Below are positions 1 through 8,919 of a stretch of 64,000 bases of DNA, piece by piece (position 1 is the stretch's first letter; each line of letters opens with the position of its first letter). The notes under the pieces were generated by a model. It was not told where the DNA came from. It did not search any database and saw nothing but the letters and a program-made list of their open reading frames with translations. Origin of the DNA: an uncultured Bacteroidales bacterium. Its GTDB lineage: Bacteria > Bacteroidota > Bacteroidia > Bacteroidales > CAYTAU01. Location of the stretch: positions 2,096 to 66,095 of the forward strand of contig CAYTAU010000008.1 in NCBI GenBank assembly GCA_964435855.1, given 5' to 3'. A program made the position numbers and the translations under genes.

Positions 1-244
1 GAATAGGGTCTCCAGCGGGATTCTTTCTCATGATAGAGTATTTTCTTCCCCATTCATTTATTGGTATAGAATATAGATTTGATTAACAAATATGCGGTCT
101 GTTCTTTCGGATTTCAAATCCGAAAGTAATAATGATTAGAATTGTTCGGGATTATACTTGTCTGCCGTAGGCATGAAACCCAGCTAGCGTCGACATGTTG
201 TCGGGGCTTCAAATAAGGTGCGAACAGTATGTTTGCACCAGTCT

Positions 245-285
245 TTATATCACGAAAGTGAAGAAAACCTAAATTAAGTCAAAAG
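245..285. repeat. dispersed repeat R1, copy 1 (41 bp, identical to 2041-2081)
   Basis: ttatatcacgaaagtgaagaaaacctaaattaagtcaaaag occurs identically at 245-285 and 2041-2081. Confidence 0.9.
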
Positions 286-315
286 CCAAATATCAAAAGT
301 CAAAAGTCAAAAACT

Positions 316-345
316 CCCTCTCCTTTGGAGAGGGCTGGGGTGAGG
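316..345 (+). repeat. GC-rich hairpin repeat (REP-like), copy 1
   Basis: ccctctcc-tttg-gagaggg hairpin followed by ctggggtgagg. Same architecture as 34936-34975 and 63914-63950. Confidence 0.7.
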
Positions 346-357
346 CTTTATTTTAAA

Positions 358-398
358 ATCTAAAATTAAAAGAGGGAGTTTCTCTCTTTTTTTGTTAT
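358..398 (+). terminator. terminator-like hairpin repeat R2, copy 1
   Basis: atctaaaattaaaagagggagtttctctctttttttgttat. Stem aaaagagggag/ctctctttttt (two G-U pairs) plus a T-run. Near-identical copy at 1385-1426. Confidence 0.5.
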
Positions 399-403
399 CT
401 TTA

Positions 404-432
404 GCAACCTTTTGTATTTATTTTGAGTCTTA
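404..432 (+). promoter_or_regulatory. ECF-type promoter candidate (GCAACC-N17-GTCTTA)
   Basis: GCAACC at 404-409, 17-nt spacer, GTCTTA at 427-432, 7 nt before the ATG at 440. Member of a 5-copy motif family in this window. Confidence 0.4.
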
Positions 433-439
433 TAGTTAG

Positions 440-994
440 ATGAAATTTCAAATTCCCATATTATTAATTGTTATTAGTCTTTCCGCTTTTGTTGGGTGTA
501 AGAAAAAAAATGAATACCCAACAGAATACAATATGACAGATGCAGATAAGCAATGGAATATTTATCATCTAAATCAAGAAATAAAATTTGAAAGTAATCT
601 TGGAAATACCATAACTTATGTAGTTACCGGAATTAATAGTGGTATATCAGAAGAATCCATGCCAACTGATGATGGTGGATATTCATATACTCGCGAATAT
701 ATTAATATTTATTTTAATAGAACTGATACAATTGATGAAATACGTTTTCATATGACCAGAGGTTATCCATATTCTCATGGTCTTTTTAGAGTATTTGGTA
801 TGTGGGATAATTTTTCAACTTTTTTCTCTTTACCTACAGCTAATATACCTGAACTCACTGTAAACAATACCAAATATTATGCTGTAATTCATGCAAGTGG
901 AAATGACACAGTAAGTGATTTATATTATCAAAAAGAAAAAGGGTTTTTAAGGTTTGACTATACAAATGATGAAATCTTTGAAAGAACAAATTAG
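440..994 (+). CDS. hypothetical lipoprotein
   Basis: 184-aa ORF with a signal peptide ending in the lipobox-like LSAFVGC. No catalytic motif recognised. Confidence 0.6.
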   Translation: MKFQIPILLIVISLSAFVGCKKKNEYPTEYNMTDADKQWNIYHLNQEIKFESNLGNTITYVVTGINSGISEESMPTDDGGYSYTREYINIYFNRTDTIDEIRFHMTRGYPYSHGLFRVFGMWDNFSTFFSLPTANIPELTVNNTKYYAVIHASGNDTVSDLYYQKEKGFLRFDYTNDEIFERTN

Positions 995-1157
995 AAGATT
1001 TTCAGGCTCCATTTTCCCACAAAAAAATAAACCGCATTCTGCAGATGCGGCTTATTAAATAAGTTGAGTTAAATCACTCATAACACGAAAATGATACTTA
1101 TAAAACGCAGGTATTGTTATTTTATTGTGTGCTTTATGCCCTAAAAATGATTTCTAG

Positions 1158-1367
1158 TGCACCCAAAGTCATTTGTAGTACACCTAAAGTCATTTCTAGT
1201 GCACCCAAAGTCATTTCTGGTGCACCCAAAGTCATTTCTGGTGCACCCAAAGTCATTTCAGGTGCACCTAAAGTCATTTCAGGTGCACCTAAAGTCATTT
1301 CTGGTGCACCTAAAGTCATTTCTTGTGCACCTAAAGTCATTTCTTGTGCACCTAAAGTCATTCGGGG
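1158..1367. repeat. 21-bp tandem repeat, 10 copies (tgcaccYaaagtcatttcNNg)
   Basis: Ten head-to-tail 21-bp units with 1-3 variable positions. Open in three frames only because the unit lacks stops. Confidence 0.95.
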
Positions 1368-1384
1368 ACGTTCTAAAATCATAA

Positions 1385-1426
1385 ATCTAAAATTAAAAGA
1401 GGGAGTTTCTCTCTTTTTTTTGTTAT
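1385..1426 (+). terminator. terminator-like hairpin repeat R2, copy 2
   Basis: Same sequence as 358-398 with one extra T. Lies immediately after the 21-bp array. Confidence 0.5.
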
Positions 1427-1452
1427 TAATGTTTTATGTGTAATTTTAATGT

Positions 1453-2016
1453 GTGAAAAAAGTAAGTCTGTTTATTATAATTATTTTCTATTCATTTATT
1501 GGAAATTCTCAGATATCTATATTTGGTGGAACTCCAATATCAATTGATTCGATTCCAAATAATATAATTTCATTTTTAGATTCCACATACAATGAAGAAT
1601 ATTATATAGAAGAATGTGAGCATGGGCATGGAAATCAAATTTTTGAAACGAATCAATATTCTGTAAGACTTACTACTAATGAAATAAAAATAAATCTTAC
1701 ATTTTCTCCTGATGGTAAATTTTTATACCTAAATCAAGAAATAGATTTAAATAATGTTCCTATTTATATTTATAATATTTATAGAAAAAAATATCTTATA
1801 GTTTATAAAAAAATTATTAATGAAGAGAATGTCATTAAAGTTTCAGTATCTTTTAATATCAATCAAACGGGATTAAAATATTACCATTTTTTTATATCAG
1901 AAACAGAGGAATTTGATAATGGTATAGAATTTGGTTACACAACATATGGTAGGGATATATATATAGATATTCATGGTAAAATAATTGATGTTGAAGAAAT
2001 TTATAAACACCCTTGA
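1453..2016 (+). CDS. hypothetical secreted protein (GTG start)
   Basis: 187-aa ORF with N-terminal signal-like MKKVSLFIIIIFYSFIGNSQ. A strong terminator follows. Confidence 0.55.
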   Translation: MKKVSLFIIIIFYSFIGNSQISIFGGTPISIDSIPNNIISFLDSTYNEEYYIEECEHGHGNQIFETNQYSVRLTTNEIKINLTFSPDGKFLYLNQEIDLNNVPIYIYNIYRKKYLIVYKKIINEENVIKVSVSFNINQTGLKYYHFFISETEEFDNGIEFGYTTYGRDIYIDIHGKIIDVEEIYKHP

Positions 2017-2040
2017 TTTATTATATACTATCCATTCAAA

Positions 2041-2081
2041 TTATATCACGAAAGTGAAGAAAACCTAAATTAAGTCAAAAG
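2041..2081. repeat. dispersed repeat R1, copy 2
   Basis: Identical 41-mer to 245-285. Its 3' end forms the left arm of the 2072-2113 hairpin. Confidence 0.9.
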
Positions 2082-2123
2082 TATTTACAGTTCGAAGCAT
2101 TTACTTTTGACTTTATTTTTTTT
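2072..2123 (+). terminator. rho-independent terminator
   Basis: Perfect 12-bp stem aagtcaaaagta / tacttttgactt with an 18-nt loop, followed by tatttttttt. Confidence 0.7.
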
Positions 2124-2151
2124 GTCTTTTGTCTTTTGCCTTACATAACTC

Positions 2152-5100
2152 CTACTCCACTTTAACCCTAATCCCTTCAGAATGGCTTGCAAACTCAGGA
2201 GCATACATACATTGTATTGTAGTAATACCGTTCGAAAAATCGCCACGATGCTGAACACGCAATGGATACTCAAACACATAAGTTCCCTTTGGCATATACG
2301 ATATAAAAAAGTTTGTTGCAGCATCTTTGGTGCTTTCGTAATATCCAAGTCCATCCTGATATTTATATCGGCTAATTACATTTATTGGCTCAAAACCCGA
2401 AGCACGCATATCTTTCATATGCACATATTCCATCGAGCGGTCTACACGCAACTCAATACGCACAATTATTTTATCGCCAACTTTTAGTTTTGCTTTATCG
2501 CCAATTGGCTCAATAACTTTTCCTGCATCGGTATTGCGTTCAATAAATAGTTTTTTTGTTAGTTTTAAAGGTGTTTCGTGTGTGGTTATTTTATCGAGCT
2601 GTTCAAAATACTGCCAGTAAACAGCACCCCATGCCACACCTGCATCTTTTTTTGTAACAGTAACATTTCCCATTTGTGGAGTAATTTCTCCTTTGCCCCA
2701 CGAAGTTTTAAAATATCCAGTTCCTGCTTCTACTTTTACATCATCCATCTTTTTTGGGTCAATTACCATATCGCCCATTTTTATTTCAACAAGCTGGTCG
2801 CTATCTAACCAGTCTGCACCACGTAGCAAGAGTGCATAAACAGCCTCAACGGTAGCTTTTGTAGTTTTCCAGTCTTGCGTTTGCTTTTGTTTTAGCAACC
2901 ATACTTTAAGGTTTTCAACAGATTTCTGATCGTTTGCTACTTCATCAAAAACTTCAATTAATAAAGCTTGCCTTTCAATAGGCGCCTGATACCAGTAATA
3001 TCCTACAACATCTTTCCAGTACATTCCCATTTCTTCACTGTTTGTTGAGTTTTCGCGTAATGAATTAACAATATCCATAGCTGTTTTTTTCTCTTCGTAG
3101 CGATGCAATGCCAAAGATATCATGCCTTGCATATATTTGCTTTCGCTTAACCAATACTTTTTTGCTTGTCCTTTATAATAATCAAAGGCTTCTTGTGTTT
3201 TTTTAGGAATTGGCACATCGGTAAAATAACTTCTTGCATACAGATATTGTATTTGAAGATATCCTATATGTTTCTTTTTCATTTCTTCGGCAGTATAATG
3301 ACGCTTTAGATAATTGTAATCTTCCTTTATCCTTATATCAAGATAATTGATACCGTTTTTAACCATACTCCACACGCTTTTTTCTTCTTTTACGTTTTTC
3401 ACTCCCAAATTATCGAGATGCCCCATGCCTGTTACAATATGCTGAGTAATATAACGACTTTCGGGCATTCCTGTAAACCATGGCCATCCACCATTTGACG
3501 ATTGCATTTTTTCCAGTTTCCTGATAGCAACATTAAGCTCATTGCCCATTTTATTTAAATCGAACAATAAACCTACACGCTTTTTGCGTTCTGTTTCGCT
3601 TTGTGCATTAAGTACCCATGGGGTTTCCTCAAGCAACAAAGCTTTTAGCTCCTGATTTTTTTCAAGATTAGATAATAATGCTTTACTGTCGGGAGTATTT
3701 TTCCATGCATCAAATACTCGCTTAATTTTTGGCGATGAGTTTGCAATATGCGATGCCAGAGAGTTTGCATAATATCGCGAAAATATCTGCTCGGCACATT
3801 CGTAAGGATACTCCATAAGATATGGCAATGCCTGTACAGCATACCATGCGGGGTTTGAAGTAAATTCAAGTGTTACTTTATGATGTTTTAGAGTTTTTGA
3901 ACCACCTGAATTAATAAGCTTGGTAAACTCAAAAGTTTTTGTTTGCATTCCTCTCACTGGTAAAGGCATTGTTTCGGTTACCAACATTCTGTTTGTAAGA
4001 ACAGGTAATGCTCTTTCTTCGCCATCGCTGTGTTTTCCCGATTTTGCAACAACTTTAAAACTTATTGCCTGTACTCCATCAGGAATTTCAAGATTCCATA
4101 CCACAAGTGCATTTTGTTTTAACTTTACAGTAAATTTCTTTTCTGCATTTTCGCCTTTTGCAAAAATATTTTCAACGGGTTTCATTGTAATTGCATCAAA
4201 CAATTCAAGCCTTATCTGTCCGTCAATATCTTTTTCTGTAAGATTACTTACTTTAACAGGAAATTCAATTTTATCGCCTTCGCGGAAAAATCTTGGTGCA
4301 TTTGGCATTACCATTAATTCCTTTTGAGTAATAAGTTCGTTTTGGATAAAGCCCAGCTTAAGGTCTTTTGTGTGTGCCATTCCCATCATTTTCCATTTTG
4401 TTAAACTTTCGGGAATAGTAAATGATATTATTACTTCGCTATTTTCGTTTGTCATTAAATGTGGAAAGAAAAATGCAGTTTCGTTAAAATTGCTTCTTGC
4501 TTTAACATTGTCTAATTCTCCTTTATCTCCTCCATTGCTTTTGCCATAGCCTTGTCCTTCGCCACCTTGTCCTTGTTGTCTGGTTGTAGATGTAGCAATC
4601 GTAGCAATATCAGTAACTTCCCTTACAGTACTTTCATCGTCCATATCGTATTCTGCCTCTGTTTCGGCATAATCACCATCCATAGCTGCATCCGGTGACA
4701 TTACAGATTTCATTACAGCTCTGTCTCTACCACCATTTTTGCCTCTATTCCTACCTGATGAAGGATAAGAATAATAGCTTCTGCCATAGTAATTAAATCC
4801 AAACCAGTTTAAATATTCATAATTCTCGTATGGCATTGCAAAATATTCATCAAAGTTCTCTTTGTAAAGCGCTGATGAAGAAGTTCCAAATCTCCCGCCC
4901 GTTGCATACATTGAAGAATAGTAGCTGTCAAAAACATTAAAATTCCATGAATTTGCTCTAAACTCATCTAAAGATGCATCGTATAATGTGGCAAGCATTT
5001 CGGCTGCTACTTTTTCACCTTTAGGTCCTTTTATCTTAATTCTCCACTCTTCATTCTCGCCCGGCAATAGTTTGTTCCTGAATGTTTCAAATTCAATATC

Positions 5101-8100
5101 AAGCTCTTTGTTTTTATAAGGAACACTAATTGTTGATGAATGAGTATAAAAACGATTTTCTTTAATAAAAGTAAAATGTACAGAGAAGTTGCCTCTGTGT
5201 TCTTCTTTTATTCCAATTTCAATAAGCTTTTGCTCGTTGTTTAAGTTTATCCATTCTTTACTGACAATTTTATCTTTGTGTTCAATTTCATACATAACTT
5301 TTACATTCTTATCTGCCGAGCCAATTATAAACTTGGCAAATTCTCCGGGCTGCCCACTTGATTTAATTACAGAAAACAAATCAATAGTGTTATGTGGTAT
5401 TTTTCCGGTTTCGTCGGCATACAAGGTAAAGAAACTTTCATTTTTAATGTCATTTCCAAACGCATCAACAGAATTCATTTCAATTACATAACGCCCTACT
5501 TCCCAATTTTTAAGTTTTGTTAGTTCAAGCTTTTTAGATTTCTCTGTATCAAAATTTGTTTTAAATACTTCTTTTTCTCTTTTAAGATTATGAATATTGT
5601 TTTCGTCTTTATAGATATTACCGGGGAATTTTTCTTTCCATTCTGCTTCTGTATAAATATATTCATCAGGTTTTTGCCACCTTCTGCTTCTTAAAGGCAT
5701 ATCAACATCACTAAGTTTAAATACTTTTATACTGCCTTTTGCATTTACATACTCTCCGCTTAAATTTGTAGTATATACATCAAAGGTGTCTTTATCGTTC
5801 TTATTTATTTTATCATAAATACTGGTACTTAAACTTAATGCTACGTAACCAACCCTAATATTACTCTGAGTACTTTGAGTTTCTCCGTTAATATCCGTTA
5901 CATCAACAACTATTTTATAATTGAAATCTAAATAATCGCTTTTTGGCATCGAAATATCGGGTACAGCTTTAAACTTAATAATGTATTGTCCCTTTTCATC
6001 CGATTGTACTGTTCCATTTTCAATTTCAGTTTCAGAATATGAAAATCCCCAATACCGCGACCACCAACCTCGCCAATTAGGTGTTCTAACTATTCTGTAG
6101 TTTACAATAGCATCTGTAAGCATAGCACCTGAATATGCTTTTGCTTCACCCTTAATTTCTACTGTATCGTTTAAAAGATAATCGCCATCAAATGGAAGCA
6201 TCTTAACTTCAAACTTAGGTCTTTTGTATTCTTCAACAGAAATATATTTTGAACCATAAGGTGTATGTATTTGCATATTTCCGTTTAATAAGCCCAATGG
6301 AATATCAAAAGTTCCGCTAAATGTTCCATATTCGTTTGTTGTAAGTTTCAGTTCTGTTATTTTCTGATAGTTAACATCATAAAAGGTGACAGTAACGGGG
6401 AGTTTTTCTGCAATTACTTTATTTTTCTCATCAACTTCAAGAGTTATTCCTTTAAAATATATTGTTTGTCCGGGGCGATAAATTGCTCTGTCGGTAAATA
6501 TTGTTGTGGCATAATGTTTTTCTTGTTTATAATTGTAATTGTATGAATAAAATGCGTTTTCGCTATGCAAAATATCTGTTCCATTTTTAAAGGTAAGGTA
6601 AAAGTTATTATAATTCTTTTTATCTAATTTAGGAATTGTGATGTATCCATTTTCGTCTGTTATAAAAGTAGTCGTTTTAATTCTAACATATTTCCTGAAT
6701 TTATAATCATATTTACTTACAAATTGATCAACAGTAACCTGACTTAAAGGCTCACCAGTTTTTCTGTTTAGCACATAAAAATCGTAAACTCCCTCTTTTT
6801 TCTGACGACTTACATAACTAATATTAGAAACATCAAATACGTCAAAAGCAAGCATGTTTTCGTTATATGTGAATTTTTCGGTGTTTGAAATAAATAATAC
6901 ATAAGTTCCATTAGATATGCCATCAAGTAAAACTTCGGCAGAATGAGAATTAAAATCGTTATCATAAGGGAGATTTACAATTTTCTGGTCAACAACTTCC
7001 GATTCGCTTAATAAACGGTCAATTAATTTAGTTCCCCATAATTTTTCTTGTAGTTTTTTTAATTTATTATAATCAATTTTAGCAATTCTTATATATGCTT
7101 TTGAAAGATTTTTGTATGTAATTTTAGCAGAAAAAGTATTATTTGGAATAACAACATCTTCAATTTCGGCAGATAAATTATGTGTTTCAATAGTAGCTTT
7201 TAAACTTTTGCATTTTAAACTTCCGGTTTCTTTCGGAAATTTCTCCATTGTCTTCACACAAATTTCATTTGCTGTTTTATTATACCATTTATACTTTTCT
7301 GTAGATTTATTTGTAGCATTATATGTATTTCCTTTACCATTATAATATGCAGCAATTAAATACGATACTTCTGATGAATAAGGAATATTCTTAAATTTAT
7401 TTTCTAAATTTTTTAAAGATTTAAGATAGAGACTGTCTTTAATTTCACTAACAGAATTATAATAAATAAAATGAATACGGCTAATATCTGAGCTTATCAA
7501 AGCTTCTTTATTATCATCATTTAATCTGAATTTTAAAAGGTCTTGCAATACTTTTATTCCATAAAATTGTAAAGCAAGAGTATCGTTTGTTTGAATATTG
7601 CGATTAATAAAATCTTTAGCATCTGCAAAGTAAAATTCTTCTGCAAGCATAAATTTATCAGCAGGGTGAGTTAATGTAAGTTCTGTGTTTGAATAAAAAT
7701 TAATTGCTCTGTGAGCTAAGAAATCATAAACGGTAGGTCTGATCTTTTTAGTTATATCATAATCAAATATCACCTCATCAAATACATCAATAGAAATATT
7801 TTGAAGTTTTTCTTTGTCTTTTAATGATAACTGATAATGTTTTATCACTTTATCGGCAAGTTTATTTAGATCCCAGGTTTTAATATCATCTGTAACAAAA
7901 TTTATTGTTTCAGTTCTATTATAAAATTTCCACCTGTTATTTTGGTAATACATCCAGTACATTTCTGCCAACATAGAATGCATCATCGCATTAGCAGGAA
8001 ACTCTGTTTTAACAACTTGTTTTTCAAATTCTGCAACAGCATTTTCAAAAGCATCCTCTTCATACATGTTCAGATATTTCATCCTGTAAATAGTTGCTTT

Positions 8101-8346
8101 TAATATCTGATCGGAATTATTCTCCTGCAAAGCTTTTTCATAGATCTTCTCAACAAGCACTATTGCTGATTTAGGTAAGCCTAATTTATCAAGGGAATCA
8201 ACTTTTGCCCATTCGGTTTTATAATTATCACCGCCTTCAAGAATGATTAAATTTTCGTTAATTGAAAATAAATTGCTTAAACCTGCAGTAATTACAAAAG
8301 CTGAAAACACTGCTAACACTAACAAACTACGTAGTTTCATAATCAT
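2152..8346 (-). CDS. alpha-2-macroglobulin family protein (thioester-containing, large extracellular protease inhibitor)
   Basis: 2064 aa with a signal peptide. Thioester motif YPYECAEQ (CAEQ codons at 3787-3798, Cys1517). ARSNFNETAFFFPHL resembles the R-x-x-F-x-E-T motif that follows the bait region. Low-complexity bait-like segment present. Confidence 0.9.
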   Translation of the reverse strand: MIMKLRSLLVLAVFSAFVITAGLSNLFSINENLIILEGGDNYKTEWAKVDSLDKLGLPKSAIVLVEKIYEKALQENNSDQILKATIYRMKYLNMYEEDAFENAVAEFEKQVVKTEFPANAMMHSMLAEMYWMYYQNNRWKFYNRTETINFVTDDIKTWDLNKLADKVIKHYQLSLKDKEKLQNISIDVFDEVIFDYDITKKIRPTVYDFLAHRAINFYSNTELTLTHPADKFMLAEEFYFADAKDFINRNIQTNDTLALQFYGIKVLQDLLKFRLNDDNKEALISSDISRIHFIYYNSVSEIKDSLYLKSLKNLENKFKNIPYSSEVSYLIAAYYNGKGNTYNATNKSTEKYKWYNKTANEICVKTMEKFPKETGSLKCKSLKATIETHNLSAEIEDVVIPNNTFSAKITYKNLSKAYIRIAKIDYNKLKKLQEKLWGTKLIDRLLSESEVVDQKIVNLPYDNDFNSHSAEVLLDGISNGTYVLFISNTEKFTYNENMLAFDVFDVSNISYVSRQKKEGVYDFYVLNRKTGEPLSQVTVDQFVSKYDYKFRKYVRIKTTTFITDENGYITIPKLDKKNYNNFYLTFKNGTDILHSENAFYSYNYNYKQEKHYATTIFTDRAIYRPGQTIYFKGITLEVDEKNKVIAEKLPVTVTFYDVNYQKITELKLTTNEYGTFSGTFDIPLGLLNGNMQIHTPYGSKYISVEEYKRPKFEVKMLPFDGDYLLNDTVEIKGEAKAYSGAMLTDAIVNYRIVRTPNWRGWWSRYWGFSYSETEIENGTVQSDEKGQYIIKFKAVPDISMPKSDYLDFNYKIVVDVTDINGETQSTQSNIRVGYVALSLSTSIYDKINKNDKDTFDVYTTNLSGEYVNAKGSIKVFKLSDVDMPLRSRRWQKPDEYIYTEAEWKEKFPGNIYKDENNIHNLKREKEVFKTNFDTEKSKKLELTKLKNWEVGRYVIEMNSVDAFGNDIKNESFFTLYADETGKIPHNTIDLFSVIKSSGQPGEFAKFIIGSADKNVKVMYEIEHKDKIVSKEWINLNNEQKLIEIGIKEEHRGNFSVHFTFIKENRFYTHSSTISVPYKNKELDIEFETFRNKLLPGENEEWRIKIKGPKGEKVAAEMLATLYDASLDEFRANSWNFNVFDSYYSSMYATGGRFGTSSSALYKENFDEYFAMPYENYEYLNWFGFNYYGRSYYSYPSSGRNRGKNGGRDRAVMKSVMSPDAAMDGDYAETEAEYDMDDESTVREVTDIATIATSTTRQQGQGGEGQGYGKSNGGDKGELDNVKARSNFNETAFFFPHLMTNENSEVIISFTIPESLTKWKMMGMAHTKDLKLGFIQNELITQKELMVMPNAPRFFREGDKIEFPVKVSNLTEKDIDGQIRLELFDAITMKPVENIFAKGENAEKKFTVKLKQNALVVWNLEIPDGVQAISFKVVAKSGKHSDGEERALPVLTNRMLVTETMPLPVRGMQTKTFEFTKLINSGGSKTLKHHKVTLEFTSNPAWYAVQALPYLMEYPYECAEQIFSRYYANSLASHIANSSPKIKRVFDAWKNTPDSKALLSNLEKNQELKALLLEETPWVLNAQSETERKKRVGLLFDLNKMGNELNVAIRKLEKMQSSNGGWPWFTGMPESRYITQHIVTGMGHLDNLGVKNVKEEKSVWSMVKNGINYLDIRIKEDYNYLKRHYTAEEMKKKHIGYLQIQYLYARSYFTDVPIPKKTQEAFDYYKGQAKKYWLSESKYMQGMISLALHRYEEKKTAMDIVNSLRENSTNSEEMGMYWKDVVGYYWYQAPIERQALLIEVFDEVANDQKSVENLKVWLLKQKQTQDWKTTKATVEAVYALLLRGADWLDSDQLVEIKMGDMVIDPKKMDDVKVEAGTGYFKTSWGKGEITPQMGNVTVTKKDAGVAWGAVYWQYFEQLDKITTHETPLKLTKKLFIERNTDAGKVIEPIGDKAKLKVGDKIIVRIELRVDRSMEYVHMKDMRASGFEPINVISRYKYQDGLGYYESTKDAATNFFISYMPKGTYVFEYPLRVQHRGDFSNGITTIQCMYAPEFASHSEGIRVKVE

Positions 8347-8706
8347 TATTTTTTTAATGTATTAATATTTAAAAATAGTAAAGCTTTATTGATAAACAAA
8401 AAATATTTATAATCATCCGTATTCTCTCCAAAGTATAGGTAATGATTTTCTTCAATTACCCCATCCCTAAAGGGTGTATAGAAAATCAATTTGTTCCATT
8501 TAGGGTTAGGGTTAAACAAATAGATTTTCATAATATTTAACATATTTAGAGGTAAATAAATATACAGACATTCATTAATATATTTCACTAATGATACTTA
8601 AAAACTAATTTTCCATAATTTTTATTTTAATTTTTGAAAAATTATTTGGAATTTATTCCGTTTATCAATAAAAATATGCTATATGTCAATTAAATTTCAA
8701 TCTCAG

Positions 8707-8735
8707 GCAACCTTTTAGTAAAAATTGGAGTCTAT
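8707..8735 (+). promoter_or_regulatory. ECF-type promoter candidate (GCAACC-N17-GTCTAT)
   Basis: GCAACC at 8707-8712, 17-nt spacer, GTCTAT at 8730-8735, 25 nt upstream of the mini-ORF at 8761. Confidence 0.4.
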
Positions 8736-8760
8736 TAAATATACACAACAGATTAAAGTT

Positions 8761-8856
8761 ATGAAAACTGTTTTTCTAAGAAAAGTAATAATCCCAATAG
8801 CAATTGCAATTTGCTTTATAATTGTCAGTTACTTTGTTTTTATGTTATTAAATTAA
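8761..8856 (+). CDS. candidate 31-aa single-pass membrane peptide
   Basis: MKTVFLRKVIIPIAIAICFIIVSYFVFMLLN: basic N-terminus followed by one hydrophobic helix. Below the ORF-track cutoff. Sits behind a motif copy. Confidence 0.3.
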   Translation: MKTVFLRKVIIPIAIAICFIIVSYFVFMLLN

Positions 8857-8884
8857 TTTTTTTGAAAAATAACTGGTTTCAAAA

Positions 8885-8913
8885 GCAACCTTTTTGAATA
8901 TCTTTACGTCTAT
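8885..8913 (+). promoter_or_regulatory. ECF-type promoter candidate (GCAACC-N17-GTCTAT, with C before GTCT)
   Basis: GCAACC at 8885-8890, 17-nt spacer, (c)GTCTAT at 8908-8913. No long ORF downstream. Confidence 0.4.
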
Positions 8914-8919
8914 AATATT

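Noticed and set aside
1-31. Possible minus-strand gene start (MRKNPAGDPI...) running off the left edge
   Set aside because: Only 10 codons are visible, which is too little to support a call.
1158-1367. Possible CRISPR array
   Set aside because: The units are contiguous with no spacers, the unit is only 21 bp, and no cas genes are in the window.
1114-1443. ORFs 1114..1443(+), 1157..1384(+) and 1134..1382(-) encoding (APKVISG)n-like repeats
   Set aside because: All three are translations of the same 21-bp tandem array in different frames or strands. They are open only because the unit lacks stop codons. There is no credible start context or flanking domain.
3920-4327. Antisense or alternate-frame ORFs inside long genes (e.g. 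2182..2487, 3920..4327, 5189..5491, 35343..35588, 36183..36377, 59814..60119, 62089..62406, 63204..63818)
   Set aside because: Each is fully nested in a much longer ORF that has strong family motifs on the other strand or frame.
8346-8588. 80-aa ORF upstream of the alpha-2-macroglobulin gene
   Set aside because: The sequence is low-complexity and AT-driven with no recognisable features. It lies in the A2M promoter region and is most likely spurious.
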